In this document: piece after piece, positions 9,796 through 19,217 of the stretch
Layout of the letters: each line of letters begins with the position of its first letter
How positions within the stretch are numbered: position 1 is the first letter of the stretch
Assembly: GCA_963668025.2 (NCBI GenBank)
Contig: CAXXTH010000023.1
Span: forward strand, 288,001-352,000
Length of the DNA stretch: 64,000 nt
From: Candidatus Hydrogenedentota bacterium
GTDB lineage: Bacteria > Hydrogenedentota > Hydrogenedentia > Hydrogenedentales > SLHB01
Direction of reading: 5' to 3'
Program-made: the position numbers and the translations under genes
Notes under the pieces: generated by a model
What the model was told of the DNA's origin: nothing
Database searches by the model: none
What the model saw: only the letters and a program-made list of their open reading frames with translations

Positions 9796-11785
9796 ATGGA
9801 TCAGCGGCAGATTTTCTTGCGAGACATCCTGACCACACTGTTCAAACGGAAACTGTTTATTATCCTATTCGTCGTGGCGGTTTTCGCGCTGGTGTTCGTG
9901 GGCAACTATATATGGCCGCCCACGTACGAGTCCATGGCGAAGGTCCAAGTGACCCGAGGCCGGGGAAACGACGACCGTCGATGTGAGCGTGCTTGGGCAA
10001 AAAAATATGATGCCCACGCCGCAACTCTCGACATATGACGTAAACACTGTCATTGACCTCGTATATAGCAGCGATGTGCTGCGCAAAGGTCGTCCAAGAT
10101 ACCGGCCTTGCCGAGGGCATGACGGGTGGGATCATGCAGATGGTCCGGCGCAGCATTCGCGACTTGCAATATGTCTTGCGGTTCAAGACGCCTCCCGACG
10201 CGGTGTCGGAGGCCGCCGAAGAACTGCGTGACGCCATTTTTGTCGAGCCGGTAAAAGATTCGTATGCCTTGGATATTCGCGTACACATGGTCCGGGCTGA
10301 ACTTGCCAAAAAGTGCTCGAATCGCTTATTAAGCAATTCGAGTCCAAGCATAAAGAAGTCTACAGCACCAAAAAAGTCGGCGATTATTTTGATGAGCAGA
10401 TCATTCGCACAAAAGAACAGCTCGAAGCCTCGCAAAAGGCCCTCGAAGAGTTCCGCATCAAGAATTCCGTAGTTTCGCTCGATGCCGAGCGGGATCTGCT
10501 CGTGGATGAATACACCAAGGCCAAGAGGCTCCTCGATCAATTGACCCGCCTCGAGGCGACCGCCCAGGCTCTAGAGGGCGACGCCGCTGATCAAGCCATC
10601 ATGGAAGCGCTGTCACAGAAGACCGAGCACACCGTGGTGACGGAAATCCAGTTGCGCCTATTCGATAAAGTGGTCGAGCGCAACCAAATGGTGAAATCAC
10701 TGGGGCCGAAGCATCCCCGGGTCATTGGCATTAAGCAGGAGATTAGCGAATTAAACGTCCAATCTGCGCAACGCCATCACTAATGTGCGCAACGAGACCC
10801 AAGCGAAGATGGTGGATATTGACGCGCGCATGGTTGAAATCAACAAGCTGATAGGCGAGCTCGATAATCTCGTTCGGGAAGAGAAGCTGGCGGCGGACGC
10901 CTACGAGCTGTATAGCCAGCGCCGCGAGGAAGCCCGCGTCTATGACGCCATGAGCGAGCAAGGCATTTCCAGCATTCAGATCACCTCATCGCCCCACCTT
11001 GCCCGACAATCCAATCAGCCCCCGCCGCCTCTTCAATCTGTTCATGGCGCTCATTGGAGGATTTATCGGGGGATTGGCCATCGCGTTCTTTATCGATTAC
11101 CTGGATCATGGGCTCAAGACCCCGGAAGATGTCGAATACTACCTGAAAGTCCCACCCCTGGCGTCGTTCTGGCGTTCCTCCTATGACCAGCTCGATCCTA
11201 GCCAGACCCAGCGTTTGAGCGCCTTGTTCGAGCATGGAGAGGGCGTGGCCATGACCGTGGTGGCGAGTTCAATAAAAGGAGAAGGCTCTCTTCGCGTGGC
11301 GCGCGCGCTGGCGGAATCGCAGTCGGACGATCCGGACGCGCGTACGCTGCTGGTGGACTTCATGGGCGGACGGCCAAGATGAACGCCCTGGCGGGCGCGG
11401 CATTCTCGAAGTGCTCGAGGGTGAATGCAGTTTGCGGGACGTTATGGCGGAAAGCGGCAATCTATTGGTGGTCGGCCGGGGCAGCCGGGCGGAATGCCCC
11501 GCATACTTGTGGAAATCAGACCGCATGAAAGCCATGTTTGAAGGCCTGCGGGGTGATTTTGACCGGATCATCGTGCATGTGCCGCCCATTCTGGCGTCGC
11601 ACGACGCGTTGAACATGGCCCGGTATGCGGACAATATGTTATTGGTGATCAAAGCCGATAGCACCCGCCGGGAAGTGGTGCAGCGCGCCATGGACACCCT
11701 TGGCAATACGAGAAGTAAAGTGGTTGGGGCGGTGCTGATGGACCGCAAACAGGTGATCCCGCGGTTTGTGTATCGCTGGATCTGA
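9796..11785 (+). pseudogene. wzc: Wzc/GumC-like polysaccharide co-polymerase with BY-kinase-like C-terminus, split by about 5 or more frameshifts (sequencing error or decay)
   Basis: Consecutive fragments in different frames: Wzz N-terminus (LRDILTTLFKRK...PTYES), coiled coil with GPKHPRV, second TM (YLDHGLKTPEDVE), and kinase-like tail (VASSIKGEG, FDRIIVHVPP, VVGAVL). Confidence 0.8.
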
Positions 11786-11950
11786 TAATGGCCGCTAACA
11801 GGTGTTTTTGGGGGGATCCGCCGAAGGTGGATTCCCCCAAGATGTTTATACGGGGAATGAAGGTTCGAGGCGGTCCTGGCACGCGTTTTTGTTTATAGCC
11901 TAGCCATTCCGGCGTTTGTTTCGTTATACTGGCCTTGCGGTTTGTTGTGC

Positions 11951-11976
11951 GGAAATGGCTGCCCTATCCAGGCGTT
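11951..11976 (+). promoter_or_regulatory. Possible ECF-type autoregulatory promoter
   Basis: GGAAAT-N16-CGTT about 145 nt upstream of the ECF sigma gene. Confidence 0.3.
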
Positions 11977-12120
11977 TTCCCATGAAATAGCCTGCACAAG
12001 AAGCAATCAGGAGCATGTTTTTGTGATGTTTTGCCTATTTGCTTGTAGATTACATCAAGTGGACTGGATATGCGCAAGAGGGCCGCGCCGAAATGTCTGT
12101 ACGCCCAGCGGAGGCAGCAA

Positions 12121-12710
12121 GTGACTCTCCCTGTACGAACAGACGAAGAGCTTATGTCTCAATTGCGGGATGGCGACTCCGCGGCGCTGGCTGAGCTGGT
12201 GCGCATATATCAGAACGATATTTTCCGGTTTTGTGTGCATTATGTAAAAGATGTGGAGCTGGCTCGCGAGATGGCGCAGGAAACATTCATACGGGTGTAT
12301 GTGGCCCGGGGGCGCTTTGATAGCGCCCGGAAGTTCCGCCCATGGCTCCTTGTGCATCGCGCGTAATTTGTGCTTGAATGAGATCAAGCGGCGAAAAACG
12401 GTTCCCATGGAATCGTTCGAGGAATATGTGGCCGCCGCTCATACGAATAGGGAAGAGCCGCTGGGTATGGCCAGCAGCGCTCCGGACACGGAACTCATGG
12501 CGCAGGAGCGCGAGGGAAATGCTCGCCGCCGCCATCGAAAGCCTGGATGCGGAGTCACGTGAAATCGTGGTGTTGCGCTTTTTTGAACAGCTTTCGGCGC
12601 GTGAGATTGCCGATATAGTGGGGGGGACGGAAGGGGCCGTGCGCACACGGCTTCACCGGATTTTGAAAGGGCTTCGCGACCGGTACGCCGGGGCGAAGCA
12701 GAATTTGTGA
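12121..12710 (+). CDS. ECF sigma-70 factor (two apparent frameshifts)
   Basis: RBS GGAGG then GTG; region 2 (DEELM...GDSAALAELV, AQETFIRVY, FRPWL, IARNLCLN) and region 4 (REIVVLRFFEQLSAREIA...GAVRTRLHR) are spread over three frames. Confidence 0.85.
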
Positions 12711-14450
12711 TGAATACGACTGGGGACAATTATTTCGAGGAACTCGCCGCGCATCTCATGGGCGCGCTTTGAAGGTGGGCAATGCCGCGCCTTCGAGGAG
12801 AAACTGCGCCAATCAGAAGAGATGCAGGCGGATTATGCCTGGTTAAAGCAGCTTTTTGAAGATGCCCGCGTGTTAAAAGACGCTTATGAACGCGATCTTC
12901 CCGAAATGAACCTCGCTGATAACGTAGTGGCGATGGCCGCTTTGCGCGAGGAGACGGAATTTGGCGTGGACTATTCCCGTTTGGCGGATATAGCTTTAGG
13001 CCAGGCCTCGCCTTGGGATGAACAAGACGCCCTTGAAACGAGCCCGCATGCTTCGGCCTTGGACGCGGAAAAAGCTTGGGTGGAAGAGGTGGCGAACGGC
13101 TTAACCGGGCTTGCCTGTTCTTATAAGCAGACACTGCCGAAAATCGATATAACCGATTCTGTAATGCGCGCGATTGCAGGGGAAGCACATGCGGAGCCTC
13201 GAGTTTCTTTTCGCGCCCGCTTAATCTCGCGCCGTGCGAGAATCCTCTCCTGGGCCAGCCTGGCGGCGGCGGCTTCTATTCTCATGGCGGCTGGATTCAT
13301 TGCAAGCCTGATGCCGGATGGAGAGCTAGGCGCGCCAAAAGAGATGGCAAGCAATGTACATGGCAGCCATAATCCTCAAGACGTGCTGGCGGGCCTCTCA
13401 GAAGCATATGAAAACCTGCACAGGCCGTATTTGTCTGAGCCGAACACTATATTGGAAGAGGTTCCTGAGCCCGATATGAGCGCCTTGACGTTCACGCAAG
13501 TGGCTGATGCGGCGCGCAAATGGGGTTCTGATCCCGTTTCGCGGCGTCAAATACAGCAGTGGGCGGCTCTGACGGCGAATGAGGCCCGGTCCCTTATAGA
13601 TGGGGGGCAAGCGCCTGCCGGGGCGGTCATCGCGGCGGCGGCGTCATTGCCTTCTTCTGAGCAGGCAGCGGCGATGTATGCCGTTATCGGCTACCTCAAA
13701 GACCAGCCCGCCGCCCAATTCGCCCTGGCCCGCGCCCAACAGGAATCAAAACAAGCGCCGGAAGTCACGCAGAAAAGCTTGGAAACCTTGAGCGCGCTGG
13801 ACCCGGATAATGCGTTATCGTATTACTTGCAGGCGCGCATGCTGTTGGAAGCTGGAGACGTACAAGGGGCGCTTGAATTACTCGCCCAGGCCCGCCAGCT
13901 CGATTCCGCGACGGCGTACGGGCTCGACTCCGCGCGCTACACCGTGGAAGCGCTTCTCGCCAGCGGATTGGACATTGATACGGCGCGGATGCTGGCTGCT
14001 TTGACTGCGGGGGGTAAACAGTATGAATTTCTTTGCCAATTAGGATATAATCTGTTACAATATGGCCAATCTTTTGAGTCGGCAGGCGATTCAAGCACTG
14101 CGGAAGAGCTCTATCAGTCTGTCCAACGGCTTGGCGAGCAGTTGAATAATGGGGAAACGCTTGTACCGGAACGCCTTGCAGGGCTGGATATGGAACAAGC
14201 AGCCATCACGCTGATGTCTCAAGTATATACCTTGCTTGGGTCAATGGATGGATTGCAGACTCTGGCCACTGAGGCAGTGGAGCTTGTCAGCAGTTTGGAA
14301 TCGCTCAATGCGTTTGTGGAAAGCGTGGATGCGTTTTATGCGTCTGTAACCGATCTAAGCCTGTTCAACTCGTATGCGGATCAAGTGTTAGAGAATGGGC
14401 ATCGGTCCATGCTAGAGGCGTTCCGATCCGGCGCAAGTTCCGTAAGCTAG
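12710..14450 (+). CDS. Putative anti-sigma factor: N-terminal cytoplasmic domain(s), one TM helix, large helical/TPR-like extracytoplasmic domain (frameshift near the N-terminus)
   Basis: ATG overlaps the sigma stop (TGATG); MNTTGDNYFEELAAHL joins the 12822 ORF after a frameshift; TM ILSWASLAAAASILMAAGFIASLM; TPR-like LDPDNALSYYLQARMLLEAGDVQGALELL. Confidence 0.65.
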
Positions 14451-14536
14451 ATAATCCAGGCGCAGTCCAATGAACAATAAGAATAGAAACACCGGCGCGG
14501 CCTGGCGGCCTGCGAGGCAAATGGATAATCTGTTAC

Positions 14537-14565
14537 TTGCGTCAACAATAGAAATAGTTCACAAT
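14537..14565 (+). promoter_or_regulatory. Putative sigma70 promoter of the peptide operon
   Basis: TTGCGT-N17-CACAAT about 100 nt upstream of peptide 1. Confidence 0.45.
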
Positions 14566-14664
14566 AGAGTCCATTCGGTTGTAGCTTGCGGCAACGCAAG
14601 AGGCAATAGCGGTTCGGAGAGCTAAGTCAACACAAGTCGGAAGGAGAAGGGAGGTGAACGTAGA

Positions 14665-14817
14665 ATGAAGCACATCCACATGATGTCGGCGGTGAAGCCT
14701 GCCAAGGCGGAAGAGGTCGCATGGGTTCAACTGAAAGACCTCATCGGCTTTACAGCGATTACCAATCAGCAGAGCGAATGGCTTTCGTTGCAGTTGGACA
14801 ATTATCTTCAGAAGTAA
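14665..14817 (+). CDS. Small peptide 1 (50 aa), MKH...PAKA leader family
   Basis: RBS GGAGGTGA; MKHIHMMSAVKPAKA-EEVAWVQLKDLIGFTAITNQQSEWLSLQLDNYLQK; below the ORF-track cutoff. Confidence 0.85.
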   Translation: MKHIHMMSAVKPAKAEEVAWVQLKDLIGFTAITNQQSEWLSLQLDNYLQK

Positions 14818-14973
14818 ACACGGAATCAGCTGAGTAGGCTGAGCCGTAGTGCGGAAGAAGAGACTAGGGGTAAACGCATCGCTGGCCATCCCTGGGCTCT
14901 CCTTGAATAGAGCACAACCAATTGAAGTGGGAAAAGCTGGCCAAGTACAGTATTCCGCGAAAGGAATCGGCAG

Positions 14974-15120
14974 ATGAAACACATCAAACCGGTAAACGAG
15001 AAGGCCATTCCGGCCCGCGCTAACATTTTTACTCTTGCGTTGGAAGCAATCGACAAGAGTGATTATCTCAGCGACCTTTGGAACCACGACGGCTCTTTGG
15101 ATCCTGAGGATATTTACTAG
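14974..15120 (+). CDS. Small peptide 2 (48 aa), MKH...PARA leader family
   Basis: RBS AAGGA; MKHIKPVNEKAIPARA-NIFTLALEAIDKSDYLSDLWNHDGSLDPEDIY. Confidence 0.85.
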   Translation: MKHIKPVNEKAIPARANIFTLALEAIDKSDYLSDLWNHDGSLDPEDIY

Positions 15121-15203
15121 TCACAGCGTGCGCGGGGCGGCCCTGGGCCGTCCCGTACGACATTGAGAAACCATAAGTTATCTGTGCAAGGAGGTGAAGA
15201 CCA

Positions 15204-15416
15204 ATGAAGCACATTACACATGTGACCAAGAAGTCCTCGGTTCCTGCGAAGGCGCAGGTTCTGAATAAAGGCAGTTGGGGTCAAGTTGGCAATTCGTGGG
15301 GCGGGCCGTTCATGGGCACGCTTGGTGCGAATACGCTCGGCGATATCGCTATCGGAATCGCCTCGGTGGCGGAAAAAGCGGGCCTGGTTACCGTGTTTCC
15401 GGACGAGATTCGCTAG
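15204..15416 (+). CDS. Small peptide 3 (70 aa), MKH...PAKA leader family
   Basis: RBS AAGGAGGTGA; MKHITHVTKKSSVPAKA-QVLNKGSWGQVGNSWGGPFMGTLGANTLGDIAIGIASVAEKAGLVTVFPDEIR. Confidence 0.88.
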   Translation: MKHITHVTKKSSVPAKAQVLNKGSWGQVGNSWGGPFMGTLGANTLGDIAIGIASVAEKAGLVTVFPDEIR

Positions 15417-15467
15417 AACGTGGGTGGATGCAATGGGCGTCCGCTTTACATAAGGAGGCCGCAAACA

Positions 15468-15602
15468 ATGAAGCATGTAGTGGCAATTGCAAAAATGGTG
15501 CCTGCGAAGGCGGCATGCGATACCAGCCAATACAAAGCCCCTATCGGTTTACCGACCGTGGGTTACAACAGCCCGAAATCGGATTTTCGCGACGATTCCT
15601 GA
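15468..15602 (+). CDS. Small peptide 4 (44 aa as read; possibly 66 aa), MKH...PAKA leader family
   Basis: RBS TAAGGAGG; MKHVVAIAKMVPAKA-ACDTSQYKAPIGLPTVGYNSPKSDFRDDS. Confidence 0.85.
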   Translation: MKHVVAIAKMVPAKAACDTSQYKAPIGLPTVGYNSPKSDFRDDS

Positions 15603-15674
15603 TGACTAGCAGGATGGGTTGCATTATCCGCTACAGCAATTGCCTATTGGCAAAATGCTGGCAATGAATCGTAT

Positions 15675-15713
15675 GAGCCGTAGTGGAAGGAGAATCGCTG
15701 CGGCTCTCTTTTT
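15675..15713 (+). terminator. Intrinsic terminator closing the peptide operon
   Basis: GAGCCGTAGTG / CGCTGCGGCTC 11-bp stem (2 G-U pairs), 10-nt loop, then TCTTTTT. Confidence 0.7.
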
Positions 15714-15743
15714 GTCTCTCGAACGAATCGAAATTGGCAGGCC

Positions 15744-16466
15744 ATGCGCAGATCCCGACGCATAGAATTTGAACCTGAATTATCCGCTCTTCTCGGTGGG
15801 CGCACCCGGCGTTTTAAGAAGAACGCGGTATTTCCTCGCTGGATGCTGGGTTTAGTCTTTTTGGCGGCTATAGCCGCCGGATATCTATTATGGGGGCATG
15901 TCTCCTGGCCTTCATTTTTGAGTTTTGATCCTGAAAAAAGGGAATTACTCGAAACAAATCGTGAATTGTGGAAAGCGCTGCAATCGAATAACCTTCCTGT
16001 CGCTGCGAATCTTTTCTTTGATGATGTTTCACCTGCTTCAAACGGCTCCGAGCCGCCTGCGTTATCCCCGGATACGCGTGAGATGCATTTGAGGATGCTC
16101 CAGACCGTGCGGGAGGATTTAACGAACGCGGGTATTGATTGGGCTTCTGCGTTGCCGGTGGCGTTTGCGGGTGTACGTGCGCGTGCGCTTGAACCAGGTA
16201 CGGAAGGCCAGGATGTATCGGTAGCCTTGGGCGAGCTATATATCCGCAGTCTGGATTCGCTTTTCGTTATCGAGCTCAGCACACGCTACAGCGGGAGTGC
16301 GTGCCAGATTGTCGAATTATGGCACTGGGGAAAATCTGATCAGGATCCAGCCGCGCTGCGTGAGTTGCCCGAATCGAAAAAACGTGAGTTTTTATCGGAG
16401 AATTTAGAACCGTCAACCGAGCAAATTCGCTTTGCGGATGTGCGTTCATTATTCGTTTCGTTTTAG
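15744..16466 (+). CDS. Hypothetical single-pass membrane protein
   Basis: 240-aa ORF; basic N-terminus followed by TM (WMLGLVFLAAIAAGYLLW). Confidence 0.6.
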   Translation: MRRSRRIEFEPELSALLGGRTRRFKKNAVFPRWMLGLVFLAAIAAGYLLWGHVSWPSFLSFDPEKRELLETNRELWKALQSNNLPVAANLFFDDVSPASNGSEPPALSPDTREMHLRMLQTVREDLTNAGIDWASALPVAFAGVRARALEPGTEGQDVSVALGELYIRSLDSLFVIELSTRYSGSACQIVELWHWGKSDQDPAALRELPESKKREFLSENLEPSTEQIRFADVRSLFVSF

Positions 16467-16675
16467 CAAGATCCGCCGAGTTCACCATATCGCCTTGTAT
16501 TCCTTTTATGCGGATGGTTTCTCATTTCCGAATGCTAATGAAATTTCTTTTTGCCTTCTGATTTGGAGTAATATGGCCTGGATTCGGTGGCCGTTAAAAA
16601 GGACAGGCGATAAGGCCGGATAGAAGGGTTTGCCGCCTAATTGTCCTGGGATTCTGCAAGAAGGGGCCTGCACGC

Positions 16676-17158
16676 ATGATGAAAGTGGAATATATAAATC
16701 CATTCATCGAGTCGGTATATGAATTGTTCTCGACGATGCTCGGAGCTAAAGTATCCCGGGGAAAAGCGGCTATCGCGGAAGGAGAAGGCGAACCGAGCCA
16801 GGTGACCGCGCTCATTGGCTGGAGTGGGCCAGCCCGGGGAACCGTTGCGCTTACGCTTCCAGAGAGCACGGCGCTTGCTTTGGCGGGGCGCTTGCTGTCC
16901 ACTTCCATGGCCCAGGTGGATGAAGAGGTGTTGGACGCCATATCAGAGATCGTGAATATTATCGCAGGCGGGGCCAAGGCGAAATTCTCGGCCAGCCAAG
17001 GTATTGGAACTATCGATCTGAGCTTGCCCACGGTGATCACGGGCGCCCATTATGGAGTTGAGCATCCGTCGCATTCGACCGAAATCGAGGTGCCTTTCAT
17101 CTCGGAAGTAGGCCCGTTCAGCTTGCGCATTACTTTCGAGATGGTTCGCACAAGCTGA
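16676..17158 (+). CDS. cheX: CheX-family chemotaxis phosphatase
   Basis: MKVEYINPFIES N-terminus, DAISEIVNIIAG (ExxN) motif, LSLPTVITG. Confidence 0.9.
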   Translation: MMKVEYINPFIESVYELFSTMLGAKVSRGKAAIAEGEGEPSQVTALIGWSGPARGTVALTLPESTALALAGRLLSTSMAQVDEEVLDAISEIVNIIAGGAKAKFSASQGIGTIDLSLPTVITGAHYGVEHPSHSTEIEVPFISEVGPFSLRITFEMVRTS

Positions 17159-17182
17159 GCCGCTTTTGCTTTCGATGCAGTA

Positions 17183-17992
17183 TCACGCGAATCCTTGCAC
17201 CAATTGGCCGATGATGAGATGCCACCCATCCGCCAGGACGAACACGATAATCTTGAACGGGAGTGACACGAATATGGGGGGAAGCATCATCATGCCCATG
17301 GCCATTAGCGTGCTGGCGACCACCATGTCAATTACCAGGAATGGAATGTAAATGCGGAATCCGATCCAAAACGCCTTACTGAGTTCGCTCACCATGAAAG
17401 CGGGCATGAGCACGGTGGTGGGAATGTCTTCAAACGCATAATCGTCCGTCACATCAATTTTAGCGATGTTAATGAACAAGGCGAGGTCTTTTTCGCGTAC
17501 TTGCCGGAACATGAAATCCCGTATGGGCTCAAGCCCTGCCCGCACCGCATCTTGATAGCCAATCTCTTTATTCATGTATGGCGTGACCGCATTATCATAC
17601 ACTTGCTGGTAGGTGGGGCCCATGATAAAAAACGTCAGAAAAAGCGCAAGCCCCACGAGCACTTGGTTCGGCGGAGATTGCTGGGTGCCCATGGCCTGGC
17701 GTAAAAATCCCAGCACCACGATGATGCGCGTGAATGACGTGGTCATTATGAGTATGGCGGGAGCCAGGGATAAGACTGTCAGGATCAGAAAAACGAGCAG
17801 CGTCCCCTCGATTCGATCCGGCTGCGTCGCGTCCTGCAATCCCGTAAGGGCGCCACGAATCGCATCCGCGCCAGGAGGCGCAGGGGGCTGGCCTTCCGCT
17901 TGGGCGTAGGCGGATGCGCTGGCCAGGAAGAAAAGCGCCACTAGAAGCGCCAGCAATAGGGCGGATAGGGCGCTACGAGTTTGAATCACCAC
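17183..17992 (-). CDS. fliP: Flagellar export gate protein FliP
   Basis: LSLAPAILIMTTSFTRIIVVL, QQSPPNQVL, MGMMMLPP..VSLPFK, DGW; probable GTG start at 17992. Confidence 0.95.
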   Translation of the reverse strand: MVIQTRSALSALLLALLVALFFLASASAYAQAEGQPPAPPGADAIRGALTGLQDATQPDRIEGTLLVFLILTVLSLAPAILIMTTSFTRIIVVLGFLRQAMGTQQSPPNQVLVGLALFLTFFIMGPTYQQVYDNAVTPYMNKEIGYQDAVRAGLEPIRDFMFRQVREKDLALFINIAKIDVTDDYAFEDIPTTVLMPAFMVSELSKAFWIGFRIYIPFLVIDMVVASTLMAMGMMMLPPIFVSLPFKIIVFVLADGWHLIIGQLVQGFA

Positions 17993-18827
17993 CAGATGTG
18001 TCCTTGAGGTATTGTTGAAGGCGCTTAATATCGCCGCGAAGCGCCGTGATGTCCGCATCATCGAGGGAACGGGGCGCTGGTTGCGGCGTGTCGTGGGCCT
18101 TTACGCGGCCAAGTAAAAATGACAGGAAACTCGGAGCGCCCGGTGTGGAAGGGGCGGGGCTTTCCGAACGGTTTTCTGTTGGCGGCACGGCTTCAGAGAT
18201 GTTCGTAGGCGCTGGCTCATTCAACGATTCTGCTTCATAGGAGGACGCTTCGAATTCAGAGACGAGCGATATATGGGATTGGGTGACGCCAATCACGAGC
18301 ACCCGTCCGCCGGTTCGGACAAAGTGGAGGCTGGCGCGCGGTTCAAGGTAAATCCGTCCGATCACTTGGCCTAAGCGCATACCGCCCAGCAGGGCTGAAC
18401 GCCCGCCCATAAGGCGGGGCGCGAAACGGCTGGCCAGGCGTATGCCGTAACCGGATAAGACGATCATCGCCAGTACAATCAAAAATGCGCCTAGCCATTG
18501 TAGAAAACCCCGCGTGGAACTTTGCGGCGCGTTCTGCTCGGTGGCGGCGGCGTTCCCGCCTCGGTTCTGGCCGTTGCGTATTTCCTCGCGCACCGCATTC
18601 ATTTTGGCGGCTTCGCGTTCCATGGTGTCTTTGAGGCTCTTCCCGTCTATATCGGGGACAGGCGGCGTCTCGGTTTGTTCCAGTTCGGATGAAGAGCCGA
18701 CGGCTTCTTGTGGAGAAGCAGGCGGGAGAGGCGCAGGCGTTTCCTCTTGAGCCATAACGCCTTGGGCGAATGCAGCAATAAAAACTAGCCAGGCTAACGC
18801 CGCGATGCTAATAATCCTCGTCCTCAT
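17973..18827 (-). CDS. fliO: FliO/FliZ-like flagellar biosynthesis protein
   Basis: Position between fliN and fliP; TM followed by LEPRASLHFVRTGGRVLVIGVT FliO domain. Confidence 0.75.
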   Translation of the reverse strand: MRTRIISIAALAWLVFIAAFAQGVMAQEETPAPLPPASPQEAVGSSSELEQTETPPVPDIDGKSLKDTMEREAAKMNAVREEIRNGQNRGGNAAATEQNAPQSSTRGFLQWLGAFLIVLAMIVLSGYGIRLASRFAPRLMGGRSALLGGMRLGQVIGRIYLEPRASLHFVRTGGRVLVIGVTQSHISLVSEFEASSYEAESLNEPAPTNISEAVPPTENRSESPAPSTPGAPSFLSFLLGRVKAHDTPQPAPRSLDDADITALRGDIKRLQQYLKDTSGGDSNS

Positions 18828-19197
18828 CCTCTTCTTCTTCCGTTTCTTCTGCCTTGTCTTCGGTGCCAATGATTTCCCCGATACGCACGTGCAGCGTATC
18901 GCCGATGACAACCACTTCCCCTCTGGCGAGGGGAAGCCCATTGATATAAATGTCGCTCATCTCTCCGGCCAGTTTATCGAGCTGTATAATGGAACCTCGT
19001 TTGAGCTCCAGTATGTCGCGTACAAACATGAGGGATTGGCCGAGATCCGCGGCAATCTGGAGGCACACTTGCCCCAAATCCTCGATATTCAAATGCTGTT
19101 GCGGCGGGCCGGCAACGAGCGTGTTATCGAGGTCTGGCATGGCTTGAGAGCCGCTGATGGTCTGACTGCTTTTTTTATCAGGATTTATCTCTCTCAC
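18808..19197 (-). CDS. fliN: Flagellar motor switch protein FliN (SpoA domain)
   Basis: DILELKRGSIIQLDKLAGE..DIYING...ARGEVVVIGD...VRI. Confidence 0.9.
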   Translation of the reverse strand: MREINPDKKSSQTISGSQAMPDLDNTLVAGPPQQHLNIEDLGQVCLQIAADLGQSLMFVRDILELKRGSIIQLDKLAGEMSDIYINGLPLARGEVVVIGDTLHVRIGEIIGTEDKAEETEEEEDEDEDY

Positions 19198-19217
19198 GTC
19201 GTTGTTTCCATTGCTCT

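Noticed and set aside
11877-11893. TGGCACG as a sigma54 promoter upstream of the ECF gene
   Set aside because: The -12 element reads TTTG rather than TTGC at the required spacing.
14542-15530. Minus-strand ORFs 14542-15087, 14826-15056 and 15117-15530
   Set aside because: They overlap the four RBS-supported plus-strand peptides and lack recognisable features.
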